Assembly (NCBI GenBank): GCA_002633005.1 | Contig: NMRA01000029.1 | Coordinates: forward strand, 512,956-576,955 | DNA from: Phoronis australis | Lineage: Eukaryota; Animalia; Phoronida | Length of the DNA: 64,000 bases | Direction of reading: 5' to 3' | Shown here: piece after piece, positions 26,017 to 38,100 of the stretch | Position numbering within the stretch: the first letter of the stretch is position 1 | How the letters are laid out: each line of letters opens with the position of its first letter | The notes under the pieces: model-generated | Seen by the model: the letters and a program-made list of their open reading frames with translations, nothing else | Told to the model about the DNA's origin: nothing | The model's database searches: none | Translations under genes and position numbers: made by a program

Positions 26017-28393
26017 CGTTTAATGTTTTAAAACTCGTAGATGAACAACCAATCTGCACCAATCACAGCCGTTTAGATTTTCTTATAAGTACACATGACT
26101 GTAGAAAATACCAAGTTTTGGAAAATGACATCTCGACATTTGGCAAGTAATGAATGTACATGTTATGCTTTGTGAGGTGAGAAACTAAACCTGGATATTT
26201 GATTTTTAAGGCCATCGACAATTTTATGGTCTCTGTCTATGGGAATGCACCATTCGGACACAGAGATAAGAACAAAATTCCTGTCCTATGAGATAAACCG
26301 CGCGATTGGGAAAAACAAGAGTCCACAAGGTGCTGCGGCACCAAATGTATTATAACAAAGCGCTGTGTCTCAAGGTTGGGCAGTCCTATTTAGGATACAT
26401 AAATTGGACAGCATGCCAGTGAATTCAGTCGTGGTGGCTTGGGACCATCATTACCAAGGAGTACATAACGTGACCAACACCAGTACCATGTGCAAGTAGT
26501 TTTTATATCGTTAGTTTGAACGTGATGAATCAAACATATTTTTAAACTTTTAAATCCCATCACTTTGCTGTTTATGTAGTTCGATCCCTTTCTTATTTGT
26601 ATTGATCCAATTATTTATTTATGTTTGTAATTATGTGAATGTTATTTATATATATCATGTGTTTACTTGCACATTTACTTAGTCGTACATATCTATCCAC
26701 GCATCTAGTTCTTGTTGAGTTTATTTTGCTAATAAACTTCATATATAGGGTGTTCAACGATGGAAATATTTTATTTTTTCGTGCCTACGATTCAGGTCCA
26801 GTTTAATTTATTTTTTACTCCTACCACAGTCTTGTATGTCTGAACGTATGCTTTCCAAGGATGTTGTATATTGTGTTATATTCTGTTGTACTATTCTCTG
26901 GACGTCGCTAAATAAATCGATCAATCAAAAAAGAGAATTGCAAAACAACTTGTGCAACAAGAAAGGTAGATATTGGCACACACAATACGTAAATTAAACA
27001 CTAGAAGTTTGCAACTTAAATTATATATTTATTCTCAAGAAGTATGTCACAGCTTAAGGTAGATTCCGTAAAGAAACGTACACGTAGCAGTCAAAATACA
27101 GTGACCCGCAAGTTCAGTATGTACAGAATAATTTACATAAGCAATCAAAGTATTGGTTGAACAATTACAACGCGGTCATCATAAAATTTTCAAAGACGAT
27201 GTCTCTTTTTATCATACCATTAAAGACATTAAGTAAACTCTGAAGGTTACGGACTTTGAGGAGTACTACAAAAAGTATAACAATGAAACGGAAAATATTT
27301 CATGAAAAGTGCCTGTGACACATCTGACCAGTACCTCCTCAAACACAAGCAAACAACTAACAGTGACTAGATGACTGCTATGGAATGTGTTGCTAGCTTT
27401 AAACAAATTATCAATTAATGAATAAAATCGCCAAATGGAGATTATGTCTGCATAGAGACATGTTTTATTCACAAACTCTTCCCTGAACACTCAGTTACAG
27501 GAGATTTTGTGTGAGTGTCAAACAGTGCTGTAAAGTTTCAATTAGAGGTTTCTTCACTAAAAGTACACACCATGTACAAAAGATAGCCCTACCAGCAGAC
27601 AAAAAATATAAGGAAAGCCATCCAAAAAGATCCATATAACGCGGTCAAATTGCAATACATCTCTCTCATGACTTTTTAAAATGTCGGCTGTACCGAAATT
27701 AGCTGCATTCAAATGAACGCATATGTTACATTTGGCTTGGTACTTGTGGAATGAATCGGGGTTACAAGCAACCAAGCAAACCTCACGAAGCAGGTTCATT
27801 GTAATGTGGCTTGCCAACAAGAAGATACATCAATTCTGAACTGGGCACATGTTTGAAACACTCAGTATTTTAAATAACAATGATGGTACAGCTAAAAAAT
27901 AAGCAACTACAGAACATGGACGGATATTACGATGTATCACAGGGGAGTCTATGGATGACAATAATTACATTTTATTCTGTATTTGCGTGCATTTAAACCC
28001 AAACATTGATATGCCATAGCTTACCATTCCTCAAACTCAGGAGCATGCACTTTTACAACAAAAAAACGCTCAAGCAAAACCAAGGAATATATTTTTAAAG
28101 TAGCAGGTGAGTGAATCTTGACTTAACCGAAACCAAACAGTAGATGTTGAGACGTTTTCAATTAAAAAAATTAATGAAAAGGTATAGCAAACGAAGGCAC
28201 AGAAAAAAACATCCAATTCAAGACTTGTGCAAGGAATACACACCTCTGCCTATAATTGAAACTTAGACAAAAATAACTTCAGAAGCAAATGAAGTTTTTC
28301 GGCTACAGGCCCTGGGCCTAAATGCACGCATAAACAGCACAAGAATCACAACCTTTAATTTGTCAGCACAAGACCATTAAAATAATGTATAAC

Positions 28394-28560
28394 TTGGGCC
28401 CGAAGTCTAATCTCTGCACTCGAAACTAGACTCAAAAATTGACCAATTGCATGTCATGTTTAGAGTAAACTTACAAGTTTTTATCAAATTATGCAGCGCA
28501 ATTGGTTAAATTTCAAGTCTGAGTCGAGTCTGAGATCAAAGATTAGATCCTGGAGCCAAT
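28394..28560. mobile_element. Palindromic Harbinger-like MITE in the presumed TRAF3IP1 3' UTR
   Basis: ttgggcccgaagtctaatct..tagactcaaaaattgaccaattgc is mirrored by gcaattggttaaatttcaagtctg..agattagatcctggagccaa. Confidence 0.55.
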
Positions 28561-29192
28561 ATTATAACTTGTTATCCCAATGCCCATTAGGGAGGTCAGT
28601 TCTCGTAATGAGGTGTTTTTTGACGAGACCGGTTCATTCATGGCTCGGTCCATCCCACTGCATAATTAAAACAGCAGGGCTGAAACGGTTCAAAGTGTAT
28701 GGTTCTGTTCTCAAGTACCTTAGTTTCCATTTTATTTCGATTCATCAATTTGGTTTTATGCAAAAACTTTTGAGAGAGCTGATCACTGAGAATCTTGGTA
28801 AAAAGTAAACTAGACAAAATGTGCCAGACAGTCTTTGATTTTTGATTTTGTACACTTCTTCATCACAGCATCAAATTCCATTAAAATATAAAACTTTCCA
28901 CGAGTTCCAAAATCATAGTTCGACGATACTCGTACACCCACTGGCATATTATATCATGCAATGATGACTGTTTCTAAGTTGAACAATGCAACTGAATTTT
29001 GAGATCTGTTTTGTCCAAATAATATAGAAACAAAACGAAGAAAACAAACAAATGTTTGTTTTTAGAAATGAATAAAGTCGCAAAAATCCTGATCCCATAT
29101 GAGCAATAGGTTGAACCCTAAACTGTGAACCGTGTCAACCCTAGTAAATGCCCATTTGTTGTCCTCCAACATCTACACCACAATTCTCTTCA

Positions 29193-32100
29193 CTACGACT
29201 TGGCCACACTGGCTAACATTTTGGCAATCTTGTCATCGTTCCTTAGAATGTTGTGTTTCGAAGCAGCGATCAAGTCCATTTGATCTGCAATGGCTTGTTC
29301 AACCTCTTGAAGCTGTTGCCTTAGGGGCTCTATTGAAGATTCTGTCACGCTACAATAACACGACAACAATTAGATCATGCTAAACCACCCACTCCTTAAC
29401 CAATTCCTGCCCACCTCTGTTTAACCATCAGCATCAAGACATGTTGCATATTTCTCTAATAGACAATGGACAGCCCACATTAGATATAAGCCACGCCTCT
29501 AGCACTAAGTTTCAACTACATCTGCTTTGCAATTTAATTCTATTCATGCTGCCTGTACTGCCAATCATCAGTACACAAAACGCCATGTTATAACAAGATC
29601 AGACCCACACACAGTTACTAAGCCTTCAAGATCTATAGTTGATGGCTGTTCTCCCAACTGAATCCCACTACTTGCCAAAAAGATCACCAATGTTCGCTCT
29701 GCCTTTAAGGTCTTCAAGCGGTGCTTTTTAATCCAACAAACCAAAAGCCCTGCATCACAATCAAACTACCCGCTTCAGCTCTGCCTTCAACCCCCACACG
29801 TTGCCTGTTCAGCCATTTAATAACACAAAAAGAACAAGCGGTGCCTGTACTACCAATAACAAAATACAAAAGACCACACCCCTTCCAGCAAGCCCCACCC
29901 ACCTCTGCTCTGCTTTCAATTCCTGAGCGTGCTGTCTGTTCTCCCTTCGCCACATGGCCAGTTCCTTTTGCATGGAGTCCAGATCCTCCTGCACGTAGTC
30001 CATGATCTTGCCCAAAGGATTGGCACTGCGCGTCAGTGACTGAATGCTGCCGCGCAGTCGATCTATCTCCTTCTGAACCATCTCGCGCTCCTTGCGCCGT
30101 GTCGCGTCAGACACAACAGGTTTTTCCTGCGCCAAGAAAAACTATGTCAATTCAACATTTGAGCTTCTGTGTCTGCTGTTTCATTATGATGATTGACACA
30201 AAAATAGTTGACCCACTTTTTACCATTTATTACGCAAGCTGGAATACGTTTGTCAAATATCTTCCAAAAACTGTAAGTTTAGCCCAAAAATGAAATGTAA
30301 AATTCAAAACACCATACAGGTGATTTGCAAATAAATCAGAATGATTGACTAGTAATAATTTCAATCAGATTCCAAGTCCCAGGCCGCCATCACAACACTC
30401 CAATAAACTTACGATCTCCTGTTTTCTGGCTTGAGGTTTCTGAGCGCCCCCTTCCAGCTCCTTCTTGGTCTCAAGGATCTTCTTGACCAGCCCACCGTGG
30501 TCACCAGTGTCTTCCACCTCCTCAGATGGCGGTGGCTGTAACAGACAAGGCAACATGAGCCTTTCTCACCAAGACTGAACAATACTGAACTATCGAATCT
30601 ACTCAGGAAAAGCCAGCTTGGGGTTATTCAGGCGAATAAGCTCAACTACTTGTGTATAAACCCAGCCTCCAATCATGCAGATAAGCCCACAAGCTCAAGT
30701 AGAATTTTGTCCACACTTTCCACTCATCCCAAACAAAGTTGACTTCCCTTCTCGTGTAGACCCTAGTAAATAGTCACTTACAGGGGCACAAAATTTCCAG
30801 AACCACTATTCAGGGGAGACAATTTGTTCTTAAAATGCAGGTCCCAGTTAATGACTGTTACCCAGAGTTGCCTAGAAAGACTAATCCTGACAATGCACCT
30901 TCATATCTGATATGCCACAAGCTTCTGGGATGGTTGCAGTGAACTGCATGCAAAAACAGCCTAACCAAACAGGTCGGTTTGTCGGTACACTTCCAAGCTC
31001 ATAGCAGTTATCTAGCTGAAATTAACATGAGTCGCAAGTCCCTGCTTATTACAAGTCCTGTGATAGTAAGGAAAGTTGCCCAGTAGTGCCGTGTTGTAGT
31101 GCTGTATTCTACCATACGGAAGTTCTGATAGAAAGCCCCACAGTGTATATTTGGAAAATGGCAGATTTTTACCTTGCTAGCACACCAAATATAAGCCTGA
31201 ACCTATTTTTTGAAACAGATTCCAAACAGAAAATGTGACAGAGATATTAATATGAAATGATCAAAACCCAGGGCTTAAGACATCTTAAAGTCTAACTTTA
31301 ACGGAATTTTCTTATTTTAGATGTATTGGGCTAAACTGGTAGTCCTAGCAAAGCCTTAACAAAATAAGAAAACACGAGTTTAATCATGCAAATGTAGGCC
31401 CGTCAAATGATAGCTGAAGCCGCCTTTTCGCGCCATATTGCATCACTGCAAGATCCCTGCACAAACAACAAAAGGCCGGTAACAATTGTATTGAATAAGG
31501 ATCTGAATACAACACCATTGCGTGCGGATGTTATTCGCAGCCGTTTGAATTAAAAGGTGGTTCTCGTCGTGACGTAGGCAAAAGCGAACCAATACGCCTA
31601 ACAGTTCGTTACATTTGACAATTTATGGCACGAGTGGGCTCAGAACAATGCTCTAAATATACTGCAGGATCCAAATTTACAGGTGTTACCGTTCAAGATA
31701 GACTTTAAGGTGCCAATGGTAAATGTTCATAAGTTTATTTTGGCACGTTTAACATGCCAAAATAAACTACATCCTGTTTCTCATAAAGCCATATTCTTGT
31801 TTGACACTCACTGACACTTTTCATTCTTGGAAACTCAACAAGCCGTACAAACTTTTAATTACATCTTTGAAAACAGGCTCATGGTCCTATATTCCGAAAT
31901 GGGCCTACACTGGGGGGAGCCTGTTTGGTGAAATTTTCAATATACTGCCTAGTGAAGTATCGTACTCTACTGCACTGCTGCACCAGTCACATTTGCCACG
32001 TTTCAAATGCCATAAAATCAACAAAGAAACCAGTCTGATAACATCCCACACTATACATACAACAGAGAAGCAACTTTACTGTGTCAACTAAGCTTTCCTC

Positions 32101-35100
32101 AAATGTTTGAAAACATCCATAACCTGACCGTAGTAATGACAGCAGAATGTTCCATTCTTAAAAATATCAAAAGTTACAGTTAATTTCAGGATCAATTCTA
32201 GTATCCTGGTTCAATTCCAATTTCAGGCAAACGGCTGAATTTTTACCCTAATCATTACAGTGGTATCTTGGCTTGATGTAGCATAATGCCAATCTTGGGC
32301 AAGCCTCGCCCCATCTCATTACCTCATCCACCACCTCTGCCTGAGGAGCAGACTCCTCCACCATGAATGTGTCATCATCGTCAGAGTTCTGACCATCGTC
32401 CACTATGAGATTACTGACTGGTTTGCCGCTGCCGACTCTACAAAAATGAAAAGTCTCCCTTTAGAAATTAGCGCAACTTCCACTATTCGCTATAGTGCTA
32501 GTCTTTACAACAAGAGGTCAGCACAATCCTAACTTTCCCACTACAGGATTCTCTGTGGCTACGACAGGTGGGACGCTGATATGTGCGAGGTCCAATCTGT
32601 AGTTTAGTCAAATTGATGGCTTGAAAATGCCACATGTTTTGAACAATGTCCATCTTTTTGAAAACTACGGAGAGATCAACAAAGCGATCAAGTGATAACA
32701 AGCTCCAACAAGATCCTTCTTCTTATACTATGTCTCTCTGGATATGTGTGCAGTAGTCGTAAACTGGCCAATTTCTTGAAGAATAGACTTTTATAAATAT
32801 AATTTACTATAATCTAACGAAAATCTCAGCTATTCTGCTTGCATGCTTTGTTGAGTAGTTGTGAAGCATAGCAAGAACATTCAAAGAAGCCTCAAGTGTT
32901 AGGAAACATTATTTCATCATGGCAGAAACAAATAGCACAGACCTCTTTACACACATGTGGAAACATAGCATACTCAGTGGATTGCGAGAAATCACCTTCC
33001 GCACAACAGACAGAAATTTTCAAACACTAAACAGTTGGAAGAGGAATTTCACACAATCCATTATTCAATACATGTGCAAGAAATGGACAATGTAAAAAGG
33101 TCCGTGGGCCTTCGGACAAAAAGCACCTTTTGTTTTAGACCACTTACAGAAGATATCGGTTTCACGACCAAAAATGCATTTTAAGATTAACGCTAGATGG
33201 GATAGACTTCTTGAAGTTAAGGCTACAACACAAAATCCGTTGGCTTTGTAATTTCCATACAAATCACCAATTCCAGCCATTGTTTGCCAGACATTTGATG
33301 GAGAAAAGTCTGGTGACTTGACCAGTTACACGCGTTTCCACTACCCAGCCACTTATCAATTGAGACTTAGCTCCAGTTGAGCATTACATTGCAACTGCAA
33401 GGAGTTGAATCTGCCATGAAGTTCATTATAAAAAAGTCCCTTCAAATCTTTAAGATTGGTCTCGGGTGCCTTATTCACATTATAAATGATGTCTAGGCTT
33501 CAGAACCTAAACTTCATTAGCGCTTCAGACAAGAATCACGACAGTTGCTTGTCAACGTAGATTAGTTTCAGTTGCCGAAGTAACATGGCCGTCACAGGCG
33601 TTTCGTGGCAACAAATTTGAATTGAAGCAAAAGATAACCTCATGACAACAGCAAATACGACAGTGAAGAAAGGCAGTTTTTGGCACAAAAACATGGTTAA
33701 TAAAGGCTTTGACAACTAAAAAATAAATAAGAATTCTCCACTGAGTAACATGTGTCAGTCAATATCGTTATGAAAGCAACAGGGGTCATACCTTGCTTCT
33801 TCATCCGCATCGACTGCATCTTGTTTCTTGATCTTAGGTGGCGCTGGCCGTGCACTACTGGGACGCGCCAGCTTGCGACTGCAACAACAAACAATGTTAC
33901 GGAAAACTCTACTATTTGTCAACAAGCTACCAGCACAGCTGCTTAGAACTTGTATAATTACAGGGACAGGCCAGCTCATGACAATTACAATCAGTGACGT
34001 GGACAAAACAATCGGTTTACATAATTGCCAGGGCATATTACAATTTACAATCAAGAGATGCCAAGGTATCTACCCCACAAACACCGTCAAGTCATGCCTT
34101 CTGAATCACTTATGAATAGTTATTGAATTTTTCTAATTTTTATACAATGCCATTTGACAATGACTAAAACACAAAGCATAATGGTGGGAGTATCTATGGG
34201 GTCAAGACAGTACCTCTCATTGCATTGTATTGTATTGTTTTGTATTGAATTGTATTGTATTGTATTGTATTGTATGGTATTGACCTCTTATTTGCTCCAA
34301 CTGCTTTGTTTTGTGAGTACGTGGCTTTACACGTCATAATACTATTGCCAGAGTAAAAATTTGCCTTAAGTTGCTAAGAACTTTGACGTACGCTGCAGCT
34401 ACTTGAGGCGGTAGGTCATCCTCTCCGACAGTAGGACCATTGTTTAGGTCGGAGTCTTCCCTCCGCTGATCTCTCAGACGCTGTTCCTCGTCATCTGTGG
34501 AAAGAATACGTCGGCATGACACTCACAGCGTAGGAACACAAACTAGACAAGCTAACACAGACTAACAGCACTACTTTGCTGACTCATCAACGAAGGCAGA
34601 ATAAAAGCTCTTATTTTCATTTCAATCAAATTTCAGCAGTTTCAAGAATTTGACCATAAGTGCATGATAGCAGTTTTCCAAAAATTTGATGATTCAGATC
34701 GAAACTTGTCAAAATTATGGCAAAAACTAAGAAGAAAATCAAACAAAAAATAACTGCACATAGGGTCATTTGAAAATTGGCCAGTAACCAAACTTTGCTT
34801 TGAAATGTCAGCGACAATTGAAGAGAAGAAAAATCGGCAACTTGGTAATAATCGAATATAATGAGCTCGCATTTTGAGAACCAGTTTACTCCACTGAATA
34901 ACAAGCAACAAACTATTACTCAAAAATGTGGGCGCATTATCTCCGACTAGTAACATCAACTTTTTGAAAACTACTACGTGCAGCACATAAAGACAACCAC
35001 AGGACTTTCAGAGCTGATACACCATGGCCATGTTTTACACAGTGCTAGTCACTGCTTCAGTGGTATCATTACACAGAGCAAGAGTGGCAATAACAATGGG

Positions 35101-38100
35101 GTCAATAAGTGAGTACTGTCTTACCAAGGATACCATGTGCTGGAACGTGGAAGAGTGCCAAAAGATTGAGATAAAAGTAAAGCACCGAAAGCCATGACGG
35201 TTAAGCAGAGAAGTCGCACGTTTGAAATTCAAGGCAGATATAGCAGAAGTGAGTGGATGCCAAGCGAGGAAGGAATTTAAAGCAAAAGAACTGGTGTACA
35301 GAACAGTCAGACGTCTGCTCCTTAAAGGCGAAAGCAACCTTTTTTCATGTCACTTTTAGCAAAAATAAGGTTCATTGTTTATCCCAGACACATTTTTCAC
35401 TTAAATTACAGCTTTTCGTAATTTGATTAATTTCTCGTCTTCTACTCTGGAAGTGACGTTTTGAGAGGCAAGAGTTTCGCGCCTATTTCTTTTCATTATA
35501 GTCCGACTGTGAGAGCTGTCGAGTCAGTCATTGTTCTACCTCGGTTGTGATAAGTTCGGTCGTCGTTTGCTTTTGTTTACAAGTCAGTCAACATGCCACG
35601 CTGTTGCTGCGTACCGGGATGTACTCATTATCGTCTCACACGCGCTTTGGGTACCTTGCGTCGCTTTCCGAAGGATGACACACTTCGCCGTACTTGGCTA
35701 GCTCGTTCACGTGAAGAACGCAGCGCTACCCATCCACACAACATACAAAGCAGTGGAGGGTTACCGAGTGTGTGGCAAGCATTTTCTGCCGTCAGATTAT
35801 GACAGATATGTACGCTGAATTGATGAAGGTCCCTGCGAAACAACNACGTGCAGCACATAAAGACAACCACAGGACTTTCAGAGCTGATACACCATGGCCA
35901 CGTTTTACACAGTGCTATTCACTGCTTCAGTGGTATCATTACACAGAGCAAGAGTGGCAACAGCAATGGGGTCATAAGTGAGAACTGTCTTACCAAGGAT
36001 ACCATGTGCTGGAACATGGAAGAGTGCCAAAAGATTGAGATAAAAGTAAAGCACCGAAAGCCATGACGGTTAAGCAGAGAAGTCGCACGTTTGAAATTCA
36101 AGGCAGATATAGAAGAAATGAGTGGATGCCAAGCGAGGAAGGAATTTAAAGCAAAAGAACTGGTGTACAGAACAGTCAGACGTCTGCTCCTTAAAGGCGA
36201 AAGCAACCTTTTTTTTTCATGTCACTTTTAGCAAAAATAAGGTTCATTGTTTATCCCAGACACATTTTTCACTTAAATAACAGCTTTTCGTAATTTGATT
36301 AATTTCTCATCTTCTACTCTGGAAGTGACGTTTTGAGAGGCAAGAGTTTCGCACCTATTTCTTTTCATTATAGTCAGACTATGAGAGCTGTAGAGTCAGT
36401 CATTGTTCTACCTCGGTTGTTATAAGTTCGGTCGTCGTTTGCTTTTGTTTACAAGTCAGTCAACATGCCACGCTGTTGCTGCGTGCCGGGATGTACTCAA
36501 TATCGTCTCACACGCGCTTTGGGTACCTTGCGTCGCTTTCCAAAGGATGACACTTCGCCGTACTTGGCTAGCTCGTTCACGTGAAGAACGCAGCGCTACC
36601 CATCCACACAACACACAAAGCAGTGGAGGGTTACCGAGTGTGTGGCAAGCATTTTCTGCCGTCAGATTATGACAGATATGTACGCTGAATTGATGAAGGT
36701 CCCTGCGAAACAACGCCTGAAGAAGGGTACCATGCCGTCGCAGTTGATTCCCGGCAGTGCCCCGTCGCCAACCCTGAGAAATGCGTTTTTGAAGCGAGAA
36801 GCCTCGCAAGCTGTGGCCACAGTGACTGGAGGCACTTCATCTACTGTCACCTGTGCCTCCGAACGTACCCCATTGCGTGCAATTCCGGGAACTAGCAGTG
36901 ATTCGCCCTGTGCTGCTGTCTCTAGCCCAGAGCCTGTAAGCAGCCCTGCAGCGATGTTGAGTAATGGGAGTGAATACAGGCCCAGTTCGACACCCAGTGA
37001 AGAGGACAATTCGTCATCCAATGAACAGATCGGTGAGCCTAAGTTTGATAAGTTTATTGTGGACTTGTATTGGAGCTATTTGGAAGGTGCCAGGTGTGTG
37101 GCGAGGGAGTCACACGGCGGGATGTAAGCAGTTTGGGTGCTCAGTGGGAGTGTGTCGCGGGACACTCGGGCAAGTGGGACAGTTCTTCCTCTGTACGTGA
37201 CACGATAATGAGTACACCTTAGTACGCAGCAACAGCGTGGCATGTTGACTGACTCGTAAGCAAAAGCAAACGACGACCGAACTTATCACAACCGAGGTAG
37301 AACAATGACTGACTCGACTGCTCTCACAGTCAGACTACATGAAAAGAAATTGGCACGAAATTCTTGCCTTCCAAAACGTCACTTCCGGAGTAATTAATTA
37401 AATTACGAAAAGCAGTAAATAAGTGAAAAAAATGTCTGGGATAATCAACGAACCTTATTTTTGCTAAAAATGACATGAAAAAGGTTGCCTTCGCCTTTAA
37501 TTATACCAAGAGGAATTAGTAAATACAAATTGTAAAAGAGAAATCAAAGCAAATCAGATTTCTGGAGAAAACATCAGTTATAAGAGTCCCTCGAGTACCC
37601 CGTCAAAAAACCTCTAAAGTCTAATTTTCTGTCCACACATCTACAAAAGCCGACAAGGTGAATTTGAGGCAACGACCATTCATGCTACATGGAGAAAAAG
37701 GCCAAAGGTCGCGACAGTTCGTTAAGTCAGTATACTATAAGATAAGATTCGGCTCGTCAGCAACACTAGCTGAGATACTTACCATCATCATCCTTCTGGT
37801 TGGGCGGTGCACGTCCTGCAAAACCACAGCAAGCAGACATGCAGAGGAGTTAGATGGTGAAACACGCCGGTTGAATAGGTCACACAAAAACACGTGACCA
37901 GATCAAACTGTGAACGAGCCATTCTTCTTTCGGTGGAGTTTCCCAGAAGCTTAGCAGTCAAGTTCAGAAAGAAAATTAGGAATTTTCACTCGATTATACA
38001 CCTGGTAGCGTTGTCCAGGATGAGTCGATATTGTGAATTTTTATTCAACTGCTGAGCTGAGAAACGCCAGAACGCCCGGTGGGATTCAGTGATTTTTAAA

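Noticed and set aside
26313-26370. AACAAGAG plus short hairpin resembling a HINE left end
   Set aside because: No matching right end or internal repeats were found, so it is too weak to call.
34976-36714. Apparent long terminal direct repeats of a KolobokP-like element
   Set aside because: The duplication includes host intron sequence outside the TTAA and breaks exactly at an N, so an assembly overlap explains it better.
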